Shown here: piece after piece, positions 1-9,863 of the stretch
How the letters are laid out: every line of letters starts with the position of its first letter
Numbering within the stretch: the stretch's first letter is position 1
Assembly: GCA_041492755.1 (NCBI GenBank)
Contig: JBGPXN010000145.1
Location: 1 to 11,868, forward strand
DNA from: Candidatus Methylomirabilia bacterium
GTDB lineage: Bacteria > Methylomirabilota > Methylomirabilia > Rokubacteriales > CSP1-6
Direction of reading: 5' to 3'
Length of the DNA: 11,868 nt
The notes under the pieces: generated by a model
Databases searched by the model: none
Told to the model about the DNA's origin: nothing
What the model saw: the letters and a program-made list of their open reading frames with translations, nothing else
Translations under genes and position numbers: made by a program

Positions 1-130
1 ACCGGCGAGCCGTTCCCATTCCATACGGCGATGTCGTCGCCTCGCGTGGCGGGAAATGGGTCACCCGGACCCCATCCCCCCATCTCCGCCCGTGCCCCCC
101 GGTCGATCGCGGTGTGCGCGTTCACGAATA
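1..130 (+). repeat. Structured non-coding repeat, copy A (truncated by the window start); inverted copy of 11683-11812
   Basis: Ungapped manual alignment to the reverse complement of 11683-11812 gives 124/130 identity (mismatches at 23, 40, 70, 83, 89, 124). Internal stems: CCCATT(15-20)/AATGGG(55-60) and GGCGA(27-31)/TCGCC(37-41). Confidence 0.95.
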
Positions 131-247
131 GTCGCTGACCTGAATCAAAGGGACAATCCCGGAATAATCCGCCACGCAGATGTCTCCCGCGCGTTACCGT
201 CGCGGGCCGGGCGGCGTCGTCGTATGCTTCGCGAGCGGGAGGATCTC

Positions 248-1138
248 ATGGACTACGGGGTCGTGCTTCCGATCTGGCAGCTCACGGTCTCCGAGGCAGA
301 GTCGCTGACGCTGCGCGCCGAGGAACTGGGGCTCGACGGCGTTTTCGTTCCCGATCATATTCTCGCCAAGCCCGCCACCACCCAGCACTACGGTGGCCAT
401 TGGCCGGATCCGTTCTCGCTCCTCGCCTATCTCGCCGGGCGCACGCGGCGGATCCGTCTGGGCGCCAGTGTCATCGTGCTTCCGTATCGGAACCCTCTGG
501 TGACGGCCAAGGCGGCGGCCACCGTCGACCAGGTATCGGGCGGGCGCTTCATCTTCGGTGTCGGCGTGGGCTGGGACGAGGCGGAGTTCGTGGATCTGCG
601 TCTGCCGTTCCCGGAGCGCGGAAGGCTCAGCAACGACTACCTCCGGGCCATCAAGGCGGCCTGGGCCAGCGACGTTCCGGAGTACAAGGGCAAGTACGTG
701 AGCTTCGCCGGCGCCACGTTTGCTCCCCGCCCGGCGCAACGACCGCACCCGCCGATCTGGGTGGGTGGCTCGCCCGGCTCCGTGTCGGCACCGGCGGTGC
801 GTCGCTGCGCCGAGCTGGGCGACGCCTGGCATCCGCTGGCGCTCGGTCTCGACGACGTCGAGAAGGGCTACGCAACGCTCCGCGACCTCGCGGCCCGGAG
901 CGGGCGACGCGACGCGCTCGGTCTCGCGCCACGCAACCTCCTCGACCTGTCCGATGCGCCGAAGGGCGGTGACCGCGCCGCCTTTCAGGGCTCGGTGGCC
1001 GAAGTGGCGTCCGACGTCCGGCGGGTCCGCGCTCTCGGCGCCGGATGGATGACGTTCGACCTGCCGCGCACCGGCGTTCCGGCGATGATGCGCGCGATGG
1101 AGCGTCTCGCCCGCGAGGTGAAGCCGGCTGCCGCGTAG
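248..1138 (+). CDS. LLM-class (luciferase-like) oxidoreductase, probably F420-dependent Rv2161c-like subfamily, 296 aa
   Basis: GGAGG at 238-242 before ATG 248 (the ORF-track start at 56 runs through the repeat). Motifs AEELGLDGVFVPDH, DPFSLLAYLAGRTRRIRLG, ATVDQVSGGRFIFGVGVGW, PRPAQRPHPPIWVGG. Confidence 0.9.
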   Translation: MDYGVVLPIWQLTVSEAESLTLRAEELGLDGVFVPDHILAKPATTQHYGGHWPDPFSLLAYLAGRTRRIRLGASVIVLPYRNPLVTAKAAATVDQVSGGRFIFGVGVGWDEAEFVDLRLPFPERGRLSNDYLRAIKAAWASDVPEYKGKYVSFAGATFAPRPAQRPHPPIWVGGSPGSVSAPAVRRCAELGDAWHPLALGLDDVEKGYATLRDLAARSGRRDALGLAPRNLLDLSDAPKGGDRAAFQGSVAEVASDVRRVRALGAGWMTFDLPRTGVPAMMRAMERLAREVKPAAA

Positions 1139-1186
1139 CGGTTACCGGCCTGCTCCGGCGTCGGCGGGACCGACGGGCCCGGCACC

Positions 1187-1215
1187 TTGACGGTAGGATC
1201 GCCGCGCACTAGCAT
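1187..1215 (+). promoter_or_regulatory. Putative sigma70 promoter for the ligJ remnant and ThDP enzyme
   Basis: TTGACG (1187-1192), 17-bp spacer, TAGCAT (1210-1215), in otherwise GC-rich intergenic DNA. Confidence 0.6.
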
Positions 1216-1319
1216 CCCCGCGGAGTTGCCGGACCTGCCTCTCTCAAACGGTCGGGGGAGTCTCGAAAGCTGGCGGATACGCGGGGCGGCAAGGCCGATC
1301 TCGGGCCACCGGGGGCATC

Positions 1320-1511
1320 ATGATCATCGATTGTCACGGGCACTACACGACGGCGCCGAAGGAGCTGGAGGCCTACTACGACGACACGAAGCGCTACGTC
1401 GATGCGGCGACCGGACTGAGCAGCCAGGACAAGGGCAAGATCTTCGAGGGCAACGCGCGGCGCGTCTACAGCCGGCTGAACGACAAGCTTGCTGCGATGA
1501 GGAGCAAATAG
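1320..1511 (+). pseudogene. ligJ: Internally deleted 4-oxalomesaconate hydratase (LigJ-like amidohydrolase) remnant, 63 aa in frame
   Basis: N-terminus MIIDCHGHYTTAPK (HxH metal motif, LigJ start) fused at about 1374-1379 (TAC TAC) to the LigJ C-terminus YDDTKRY...KIFEGNARRVYSRL. Full-length LigJ is roughly 340 aa. Confidence 0.85.
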
Positions 1512-1516
1512 AGTCT

Positions 1517-3289
1517 ATGGCCACGCACGTCCAGACCGTCGACACCGCGGCCGAGCCACGCCGCGAGTACCGGATGCAGGCCGAGCAGGCGGCCGAGGTC
1601 ATGATGGCCTCGATGAAGCTGAACGGCATCGACCGGCTATGGTTCGTCTCCGGCACCGAGCTCGCGTTCTTCCAGGAGAGCGCGGTCAAGCACCGGGCGC
1701 TCGGCCGGCCGGCGCCCCAGTTGATGACCATGACGCACGAGAACGCGGCCCTGGCCGCGGCCTCCGGCGAAACCGTGGTGACGCGCCGGCCGTCGGCCGC
1801 CTGCTTCCACGTCGAGTGCGGCCTCATCAACGCCGGGGGCGCGATCCACAACGCGGACCGCGGTCACTACCCGGTGCTGCTCATGTCGGGCTATCCGCCG
1901 TCTGCCGAGGCGGCCAGCGTGCCGGGCGGGCGAAACTCGTACATCCAGTGGTACCAGCAGATCCGTGACCAGGGCGAACTGCTCCGCCAGTACATGCGCT
2001 GGGACCACAAGCTGGCCACGTACGACAACGCCGGGCTCGTGATCAGCCGCGCCGTCCAGGTGATGACCAGCGAGCCGCGCGGACCCGCCTACCTGGCGGT
2101 GCCCCGCGAGGCGGCCATGGCCCCCCTCGAGGCGGCGCGATTTCCCCTCACCGAGCATCTGCGTCCGGCCGGAACTCCGGCCGCGGATCCGGCCGAGCTG
2201 CGTCAGGCCGCGCAGTGGCTGCTCGAGGCGGAGAACCCGCTCATCTGCGTCTCGCGCAACGGCGACAATCCGGCCGCGGTCGCGGCGCTGCAGGAGCTTG
2301 CCGAGACGCTGGGCGCCCGCGTGATGGCCGATGTGTTCCGGATGAATCTCCCGGGCCGCCATCCGCTGCAGCGCGGCGCGCCCGGCATCGCTCCGACGCC
2401 GCGCGATACCGATTGCCTGCTCATCGTCGACACCGTCGTGCCCTGGCAGCCGTGGTCGTTCACGCCCGCCGCGACGCGGATCATCCGGCTGGCGATCGAC
2501 CCGATCGAGCGCATGACGCCGATCTACGAGTTTCCGTCCGACCTGTCGATCACCGCCGACCCGGCCAAGGCCCTGCCCGCGCTGGTCGAGGAGCTGCGCT
2601 CGCAGATGACGGCCGAGCAGCGCCACCGCTGTCGCGCGCGGCTCGAGCGGTACCAGACGGAAGGCCGGCAGCGGCTCGACGGCGCCGTCGAAGCCGCCAC
2701 CGCCGACCGGGGCCGTGGGTTGATCTCCCCGCAATGGCTCAGCCACCAGGTGGGCCAGACCCTCGATCCTGACGCCATCATCACGCACGAGCTGGTCGAT
2801 TCCTCGATGTTCAACCGCTCCCGACCCGGCACGCTGATCGGGACGGGCGGCTCGAGCATCGGGTGGGCCGCGCCCGCCGCCATCGGCGTGAAGGTCGCTG
2901 CCGGCGATCGGCCGGTCGTGGCCTGCATCGGCGACGGCTCCTGGATGTTCGGCAACCCTCAAGTCACCGTGTGGGCCTCCGCGTTTCACAAGGCGCCCGT
3001 GCTCTTCATCGTGTGGAACAATCGCGGCTACCGGACGGGCACCAACGAGGTACTGCGGACCTATCCGGAAGGCTACGCGGCGAAGGAGCGCGACCTCACG
3101 GGTGGCTGGTTCGATCCGTGCCCGAACTACTCGGGCGAGGCGGCGGCGAGCGGGGCCTACGGCGAGAAGGTGACGAACCCCGACGAGGTCGCCCCGGCGA
3201 TTCGCCGCGCGCTCACGGTCATGGAGCGCGACCGTGTGCCCGCCGTCCTCGACATGTGGATGCCCAAGCTCGTGACCGGTGAGGTGTAA
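1517..3289 (+). CDS. Thiamine diphosphate-dependent enzyme (acetolactate synthase/benzoylformate decarboxylase superfamily), 590 aa
   Basis: GAGGAG at 1499-1504 and ATG 1517. Catalytic Glu in MTHENAA, EPRGPAYLAVPRE, and ThDP/Mg motif GDGSWMFG...WNNRGY. The ORF-track extension from 1187 covers the promoter and ligJ remnant. Confidence 0.92.
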   Translation: MATHVQTVDTAAEPRREYRMQAEQAAEVMMASMKLNGIDRLWFVSGTELAFFQESAVKHRALGRPAPQLMTMTHENAALAAASGETVVTRRPSAACFHVECGLINAGGAIHNADRGHYPVLLMSGYPPSAEAASVPGGRNSYIQWYQQIRDQGELLRQYMRWDHKLATYDNAGLVISRAVQVMTSEPRGPAYLAVPREAAMAPLEAARFPLTEHLRPAGTPAADPAELRQAAQWLLEAENPLICVSRNGDNPAAVAALQELAETLGARVMADVFRMNLPGRHPLQRGAPGIAPTPRDTDCLLIVDTVVPWQPWSFTPAATRIIRLAIDPIERMTPIYEFPSDLSITADPAKALPALVEELRSQMTAEQRHRCRARLERYQTEGRQRLDGAVEAATADRGRGLISPQWLSHQVGQTLDPDAIITHELVDSSMFNRSRPGTLIGTGGSSIGWAAPAAIGVKVAAGDRPVVACIGDGSWMFGNPQVTVWASAFHKAPVLFIVWNNRGYRTGTNEVLRTYPEGYAAKERDLTGGWFDPCPNYSGEAAASGAYGEKVTNPDEVAPAIRRALTVMERDRVPAVLDMWMPKLVTGEV

Positions 3290-3414
3290 CCGCATCCTCA
3301 AGATCTGCCAGGACCCGTTCCTTCGGCGTGCTCGACCAGGGTCGCAAGCTGGCCGGGAGGTAGGCGCGGTCGTGAAGGTGGCTCCCGCGCTTGCCGCAGG
3401 TGAGGATGTCTATA

Positions 3415-3447
3415 TCGCCGTCATTTGTCGGCGTAAAATGACGGCGA
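3415..3447. promoter_or_regulatory. Perfect 12-bp inverted repeat (operator-like) just upstream of the AAA/DUF4143 gene
   Basis: TCGCCGTCATTT (3415-3426), 9-bp spacer, AAATGACGGCGA (3436-3447). It ends 1 bp before ATG 3449. The regulatory role is inferred. Confidence 0.6.
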
Positions 3448-3448
3448 G

Positions 3449-4608
3449 ATGGCATCCGAGTACGTCCCCGCCTGCTCCGGCCGCCGGCGCAATCGTTCTT
3501 TCTCTTCGGCCCACGCGGCTCGGGGAAGTCGACGTGGGTCCGCCACGAGCTCCCCGCTGCCCACCGGATCGACCTCCTCGACGAGGCCCGTTACCAGGGG
3601 TACCTCGCGCGCGTTTCCGAGTTCGCTGACGAGCTGCGGGCACTGCCGCCACGATCGACCGTCGTCGTCGACGAGATCCAGCGCTTGCCCCATCTCCTCA
3701 ACGAGGTGCACCGGTTCATCGAGGAGCGGCGGCTCCGGTTCGTCCTCTGCGGGTCGAGCGCGCGGCGGCTGAAGCAGCAGGGCACGAACCTCCTCGCCGG
3801 GCGCGCGCTCCGGCGGGCGCTGCACCCATTCGTGCCCGCGGAACTGGGCGGCGAGTTCGAGCTCGAGGCGGCGCTCGCCACCGGAACGCTGCCTGTGATC
3901 TGGCAGGCGCCGGCGCGCGCGGAAGCGCTCACCGCCTACGTCCAGCTCTACTTACGCGAAGAGATCCAGGCCGAGGCGCTCGTGCGGAACCTTCCCGGCT
4001 TCGCCCCCTTCCTGCCCGTTGCCGCGCTCTTCCACGGCCAGACCCTCAACGTCGCGAGCCTGGCGCGCGACGCCGGGGTGTCTCGTACCACCGTGAACGG
4101 GTATGTGGAGATCGTGGAAGACACGCTGCTTGCCTTCCGTCTACCCGCCTTCGAGGGCAGGATGCGCGTCCGCGAGCGCCGGCATCCAAAACTCTACTGG
4201 GTGGTCGCCGGCATTGTCCGCGCCCTCAAACGCCAGCTCGGCCCGCTCGCAACGGAAGAGCGCGGCCCCCTCTTCGAAGGCTGGGTGGCCAACCTGCTCC
4301 GGACCCACAACGACTACCGCCCGCTGTTCGACGACTGGTACTACTGGGCGCCGGTCGACGCCGCTCGCACCGAGGTGGACTTCCTTCTGCGTCACGGGCG
4401 CGATTGGCTCGCGATCGAGGTGAAGAGCGCCACCGCCGCCGGGCCCGACGAGCTGCGCGGCCTGCGCGCTCTCGGCGACCTCAAAGGGCTCCGCCGGCGG
4501 GTCCTCGTCTACCGCGGCACGAGCCGCCTGACGACGTCCGACGGCATCGACGCGTGGCCGGTCGCGCACTTCCTGGAGGCGCTGGCCGGAGAGCGCTTGT
4601 GGCCGTGA
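3449..4608 (+). pseudogene. AAA+ ATPase with DUF4143/PD-(D/E)XK nuclease-like C-terminus (COG1373-type); 1-bp frameshift after codon 7
   Basis: ATG 3449 gives MASEYVP. From 3469 the other frame reads RLLRPPAQSFFLFGPRGSGKST (Walker A), VVVDEIQRLP (Walker B), LCGSSA, LAGRA, an HTH-like LARDAGVSRTTV and EVDF...AIEVK. That frame is closed upstream by TGA 3439-3441 and has no ATG/GTG/TTG until 3685. One extra C in CCCC 3466-3469 restores a gene of about 386 aa. Confidence 0.85.
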
Positions 4609-4680
4609 CGGAATCGCAGAATCTCGGCTCAGGAAGTGAACTCCCTCGGCGGACAGGTGCCACGATTCGGCGCGTCAGTG

Positions 4681-4791
4681 TGCATCGAACGCTGGAACTT
4701 CGTGCTCGGCGCCATCTTCGTGCTCATCGTGGTCTTCATGCCGGAGGGCCTGGCGCCAGTGTCGGCGGTGCGCGCGGAGCGCGGGCGCTGA
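4681..4791 (+). pseudogene. 3' fragment of a branched-chain amino acid ABC permease (LivM-like)
   Basis: Frame from 4681 reads CIERWNFVLGAIFVLIVVFMPEGLAPVSAVRAERGR*, the last transmembrane helix plus the PxGL motif of LivM. The upstream gene body is absent. It is not in the ORF track. Confidence 0.75.
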
Positions 4792-4797
4792 TGCGGA

Positions 4798-4826
4798 TTG
4801 CCGACGGCCCGCCCGGTCGGTAGAGT
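4798..4826 (+). promoter_or_regulatory. Putative sigma70 promoter of the second LLM gene
   Basis: TTGCCG (4798-4803), 17-bp spacer, TAGAGT (4821-4826), about 30 bp before ATG 4858. Confidence 0.45.
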
Positions 4827-4857
4827 TGCCGCGAGAACGTTTCAGGAGAGGATCGCG

Positions 4858-6153
4858 ATGAAATTCGGAGTCTTCTACGAGCACCAGCTGCCGCGGCCCT
4901 GGGAGGAGGGCGCCGAGCTCCGGCTCTTCCAGGACGCGCTCGATCAGGTCGAGCTTGCCGACCGTCTGGGCATCGACTACGCCTGGGAGGTGGAGCACCA
5001 CTTCCTCGAGGAATACTCGCACTCCTCGGCGCCGGAGGTGTTCCTGGCCGCCGCGTCGCAGCGCTCGCGGCGCATCCGTCTCGGCCACGGTATCGTGCTG
5101 ATGCCGCCGGCCTACAACGCGCCGGCGCGGGTGGCCGAGCGGATCGCGACGCTCGACCTCGTCTCCGGCGGTCGCGTCGACTGGGGCACTGGCGAGTCGG
5201 CCTCGCGGGCCGAGCTCGAGGGCTTCGGCATCAAGCCCGGTGACCGGCGGGCCATGTGGCGCGAGACGGTCGAGCAGGTCGCGAACATGATGGCGATGGA
5301 CCCGTATCCCGGCTTCACCGGCCAGTTCTTCGCGATGCCGGCGCGCAACGTGCTGCCGAAGCCGGTCCAGAAGCCGCACCCGCCGATCTGGGTCGCCTGC
5401 TCGAACCGCGAGACGATCCATCTCGCCGCCCAGCTCGGGATCGGGGCGTTGACCTTCGCCTTCATCGACCCGGCCGAGGCGACGCAGTGGGTCGCGGACT
5501 ACTACGAGACGTTCAAGCGCGAGTGCGTGCCGATCGGCCACGCCGTGAACCCGAACATCGCGATGGTCACCGGCTTCTCCTGTCACGCCGATGCCGAGGA
5601 AGCCCGCCGCCGCGGGAGCGACGGGTTCCGCTTCTTCCAGTTCGCGCTGGCCCACCACTACGTCTTCGGCAAGCACACGCCGGGACGGACCAACATCTGG
5701 AACCGGTTCGTCGCGGTACGCGATCAGATCGGCACCGACGTTCTCGGCGGCGGCGCGAGCTGCATCGGCACGCCCGCCCAGCTCCAGGCCTCGCTGCGCA
5801 CCTTCCAGAACGCGGGGGTGGACCAGGCGATCTTCATCCAGCAGAGTGGCCGCAACCGGCGCGAGGACATCTGCGAGTCGCTCGAGCTGTTCGCCCGGGA
5901 GGTCATGCCCGAGTTCCACGAAAAGGAGGCGGAGCGTCAGGCGCGGAAGATGGAGGAGCTGGCGCCGGCGATCGAGGCCGCGTTCGCGCGCAAGCAGAAG
6001 CTGGCGCCGCTCGCCGACGACCAGATCCCGGCCTACCAGGCCTACGGCAACACCATCGCGCTGACCGACGCCGACCTCGCGAAGATGCCCGAGGCCAACC
6101 GCAGGCGCGCGGAGACCTTCCGGCGGATCGCCGCCATCGCCGAAAACGCGTAG
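4858..6153 (+). CDS. LLM-class flavin-dependent oxidoreductase (luciferase-like monooxygenase), 431 aa
   Basis: AGGAGAGG RBS and ATG 4858 (MKFGVFYEHQLPRPW). Motifs WEVEHHFLEEYSHSSAPE, ERIATLDLVSGGRV, PKPVQKPHPPIW, SLELFAREVMP. Confidence 0.93.
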   Translation: MKFGVFYEHQLPRPWEEGAELRLFQDALDQVELADRLGIDYAWEVEHHFLEEYSHSSAPEVFLAAASQRSRRIRLGHGIVLMPPAYNAPARVAERIATLDLVSGGRVDWGTGESASRAELEGFGIKPGDRRAMWRETVEQVANMMAMDPYPGFTGQFFAMPARNVLPKPVQKPHPPIWVACSNRETIHLAAQLGIGALTFAFIDPAEATQWVADYYETFKRECVPIGHAVNPNIAMVTGFSCHADAEEARRRGSDGFRFFQFALAHHYVFGKHTPGRTNIWNRFVAVRDQIGTDVLGGGASCIGTPAQLQASLRTFQNAGVDQAIFIQQSGRNRREDICESLELFAREVMPEFHEKEAERQARKMEELAPAIEAAFARKQKLAPLADDQIPAYQAYGNTIALTDADLAKMPEANRRRAETFRRIAAIAENA

Positions 6154-6232
6154 CGCGCTCCGGTGGACCGCGCGGCCGCCGCCCCCCGACGATGAAGGAC
6201 CGGATCCGGCACTCCTGGACGGTGTCCCGACG

Positions 6233-7679
<1,447 letters not shown>

Positions 7680-7697
7680 TCGGGAGGGACACCGCGC

Positions 7698-8588
7698 ATG
7701 AGCGACCGAGGTGAGCTGGGCTTCGTCGGGCTCGGAGTGATGGGGGAGGCCATGTGCCGGAACCTCGCGCGGAAGTCGGGAGCGCGGGTGATCGCGTACG
7801 ACGTGCGGCCGGAGCCGCTGGCCGCGCTGAAGGCGGACGGCGTGGAGGCGGCCGCGTCGCCGGCCGCGGTGGCCGCGCGCGCCGAGACGACGTTCCTGTG
7901 CCTGCCCGGCGAGCCGCAGGTGCGCGCGGTGGGCCTGGGCGCCGGTGGCGTCGTGGCCGGATTGCGCGCGGGACAGACGCTCGTGGACATGAGCACGTGC
8001 CCGGTCGCGCTCGCCCGTGAGCTGGCCCAGGCCGCCGCCACCCGCGGTGCCGACTTCCTCGACGCGCCCGTGGCCCGCACCGCGCAGGCCGCCCGCGACG
8101 GCACGCTTTCCATCATGGTCGGCGGCGAGGCCGCGGTGTTCGAGCGCCTGCGCCCGCTGCTCGCGTGCATGGGGAGCGAGGTGACGCACTGCGGAGCGGC
8201 CGGCGCGGGCCAGGTGGTGAAGCTGATGAACAACATGGTCGTCGCGCAGACGGTGGTCGCGCTGGCCGAGGCGCTCGCGGTGGCCCGGGCCTCGGGCGTG
8301 GTCGACCCCCGGGTCCTATTCGAAACGCTCGCCAAGGGCTCGGCGGACAGCTTCGTGCTGCGCAACCATGGGATGAAGTCGCTGCTGCCCGACCGGCATC
8401 CGACCGAAGGCGCCTTCCCGACGAGCTACATCGTCAAGGATCTCAGCTATGCCCTCGGGCTGGCCGAATCGTGCGGGCTCACGCTGCGGCAAGCCACGAC
8501 GACCAAGCAGCTGATGGACGAGACCGCCGCCGCCGGCTACGCGCGCGAGTACTACACCGCCGTCCTCCGCGTCATCGAGGGGCGCTGA
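7698..8588 (+). CDS. NAD(P)-dependent oxidoreductase, 3-hydroxyisobutyrate dehydrogenase / tartronate semialdehyde reductase family
   Basis: GGGAGGG RBS. Rossmann GFVGLGVMG, VDMST, DAPV, GTLSIMVGG, catalytic KLMNN, KDL. Confidence 0.92.
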   Translation: MSDRGELGFVGLGVMGEAMCRNLARKSGARVIAYDVRPEPLAALKADGVEAAASPAAVAARAETTFLCLPGEPQVRAVGLGAGGVVAGLRAGQTLVDMSTCPVALARELAQAAATRGADFLDAPVARTAQAARDGTLSIMVGGEAAVFERLRPLLACMGSEVTHCGAAGAGQVVKLMNNMVVAQTVVALAEALAVARASGVVDPRVLFETLAKGSADSFVLRNHGMKSLLPDRHPTEGAFPTSYIVKDLSYALGLAESCGLTLRQATTTKQLMDETAAAGYAREYYTAVLRVIEGR

Positions 8589-8597
8589 TCCGCCCGC

Positions 8598-9656
8598 TTA
8601 CTTCTTCGGACGCATCACGTCCGAAAACGCCCTCACGAATCGCTGCATGTGTTCGCGGGTCCCGATGGTCAGCCGGAAGCTGCCGTCGATCACCGGCTTC
8701 TTCGCCATGCTGCGGACCAGAATGCCGTGCGCCCGCAACCCCTGCACCACCAGCTCGCAATCGCCCGGGGGCCACACGAGCATGTAGTTTCCGCCGCCCG
8801 CGGCGTGCCGAACGTCCAGGCGCTGGAGCTGCGCGATGGTCCACGCCTTGGCGGCCAGGACCTCGCTGACGTATTGGCGCATGTGCTCGGGATCGCCGAG
8901 CGCGGCCTTGCCGGCCACGACGGCGAACGTGTTGATGTCGTACGGCCCCGTCACCCGGCGCAGGCGCTCCACGATGGTCGGATGGCCGATGGCGAAGCCC
9001 AGCCGGAGCGCCGCGATGCCGGCCGTCTTCGAGAGCGAGTGCAGCGCCACCACGTTGTCGAGGTCGCGCGCGAGGCCCACCACCGACTGCCCGGTGAACG
9101 CGGCGTAGAGCTCGTCGACCACCACGAGGGTCTCGGGAGCGGAGCGCGCGAGTGCGACGATGGTCTCCGCGGGCAGCAGTGTCCCCGTCGGATTGTTTGG
9201 ATTGCAGACGAAGAAGAGGCGCGGCCGGGCCAGGAGCTTCTTCCGGATCGTCTCGAGGGGATAGCCGAGATCGTGGGGGTAGGGGACGTCGTCCATCACC
9301 ATGCCCTGTTGCTCGGCGCAGGGGGCGTAGTAACCGAAGGTGGGGACGGTGGTCAGGAACGTGGCGCCCCTGGCGCCATAGGCGTCGAAGATGGCCCGGA
9401 TCGCCGCGTCAGCGCCGTTGAACGCCTCGACGTGCGCCAGCGGCACGCCGACACTCGCGGCAAACGCTTCGTTGAGCCCGGCGTACTCGGGATACGCCGC
9501 GTAGGCCTCGGGCGACAGGCCGCGCACCGCGTCCACCACCTTGGGGCTCGGGCCCACCGTGCTCTCGTTGAAGTCCAGGCGCAGCAGCGATCGGCGCCCC
9601 TCGAGGGGCGCGACGTACGGGGTGAGGGCTTCGACTTCCGGTTTTGCTTCGATCAT
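8598..9656 (-). CDS. hisC: PLP-dependent class I/II aminotransferase, histidinol-phosphate aminotransferase-like
   Basis: RLDFNES, FNGADAAI, PTFGYY, CNPNNPTG, VVVDELY, PLP lysine in SLSKTAGIAALRLG, RLTIG. A CobD-like paralogue cannot be excluded. Confidence 0.8.
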   Translation of the reverse strand: MIEAKPEVEALTPYVAPLEGRRSLLRLDFNESTVGPSPKVVDAVRGLSPEAYAAYPEYAGLNEAFAASVGVPLAHVEAFNGADAAIRAIFDAYGARGATFLTTVPTFGYYAPCAEQQGMVMDDVPYPHDLGYPLETIRKKLLARPRLFFVCNPNNPTGTLLPAETIVALARSAPETLVVVDELYAAFTGQSVVGLARDLDNVVALHSLSKTAGIAALRLGFAIGHPTIVERLRRVTGPYDINTFAVVAGKAALGDPEHMRQYVSEVLAAKAWTIAQLQRLDVRHAAGGGNYMLVWPPGDCELVVQGLRAHGILVRSMAKKPVIDGSFRLTIGTREHMQRFVRAFSDVMRPKK

Positions 9657-9856
9657 CCCACCGGGACGGGCGCGGCCTCACGGAGGCGGGGAAGCACTTC
9701 CCTGGCGAACAGGCACTCCTCGAAGAGATCGGCGGAGACGCGCGGATCGCAGTACTTGTTCGGCAGGCTCGCGCGCACCGAGTCCGCGGCCTCGAGCACG
9801 TGCGGGGGAACGAACGGATACGGGTTCTCGTTCAGGTACCAGGCCTGGGTCGGCAT
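9653..9856 (-). pseudogene. Internally deleted LLM-class oxidoreductase remnant, 67 aa in frame, ATGA-coupled to hisC
   Basis: N-terminus WYLNENPYP...DSVRASLPNKYCDP...ADLFEECL resembles an LLM subfamily start. It is fused at about 9710-9712 to the LLM C-terminal signature LFAREVLPRLR (compare LFAREVMP in 4858-6153). Its stop overlaps the hisC ATG. Confidence 0.75.
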
Positions 9857-9863
9857 GCGGTCG

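Noticed and set aside
56..247. N-terminal extensions in the ORF track (starts at 56, 1187, 4798)
   Set aside because: They run through a repeat, promoters or the ligJ remnant. RBS-supported ATGs at 248, 1517 and 4858 match the expected family N-termini.
1216..1516. TPP riboswitch upstream of the ThDP enzyme
   Set aside because: The conserved CTGAGA and ACCTG-AT...TAATG...GGGA core arrangement is not present.
1138..3293. 8-bp inverted pair GCGGTTAC (1138-1145) / GTAACCGC (3286-3293) bounding the ligJ-ThDP block, as integron attC or element ends
   Set aside because: Too short to exceed chance, not arranged as an attC site, and no integrase is present.
1637..3301. Long antisense and alternate-frame ORFs (e.g. 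1637-3301, 4675-6480, 5903-6937, 6876-8189, 8649-9884, 9973-11055, 10023-11354)
   Set aside because: They shadow well-supported genes and have no family motifs, as expected from GC-rich codon bias. The 10023-11354 frame is informative only where it crosses the SDR fragment.
8589..8597. Terminator between the convergent dehydrogenase and hisC-like genes
   Set aside because: The gap is only 9 bp with no hairpin or T-tract.
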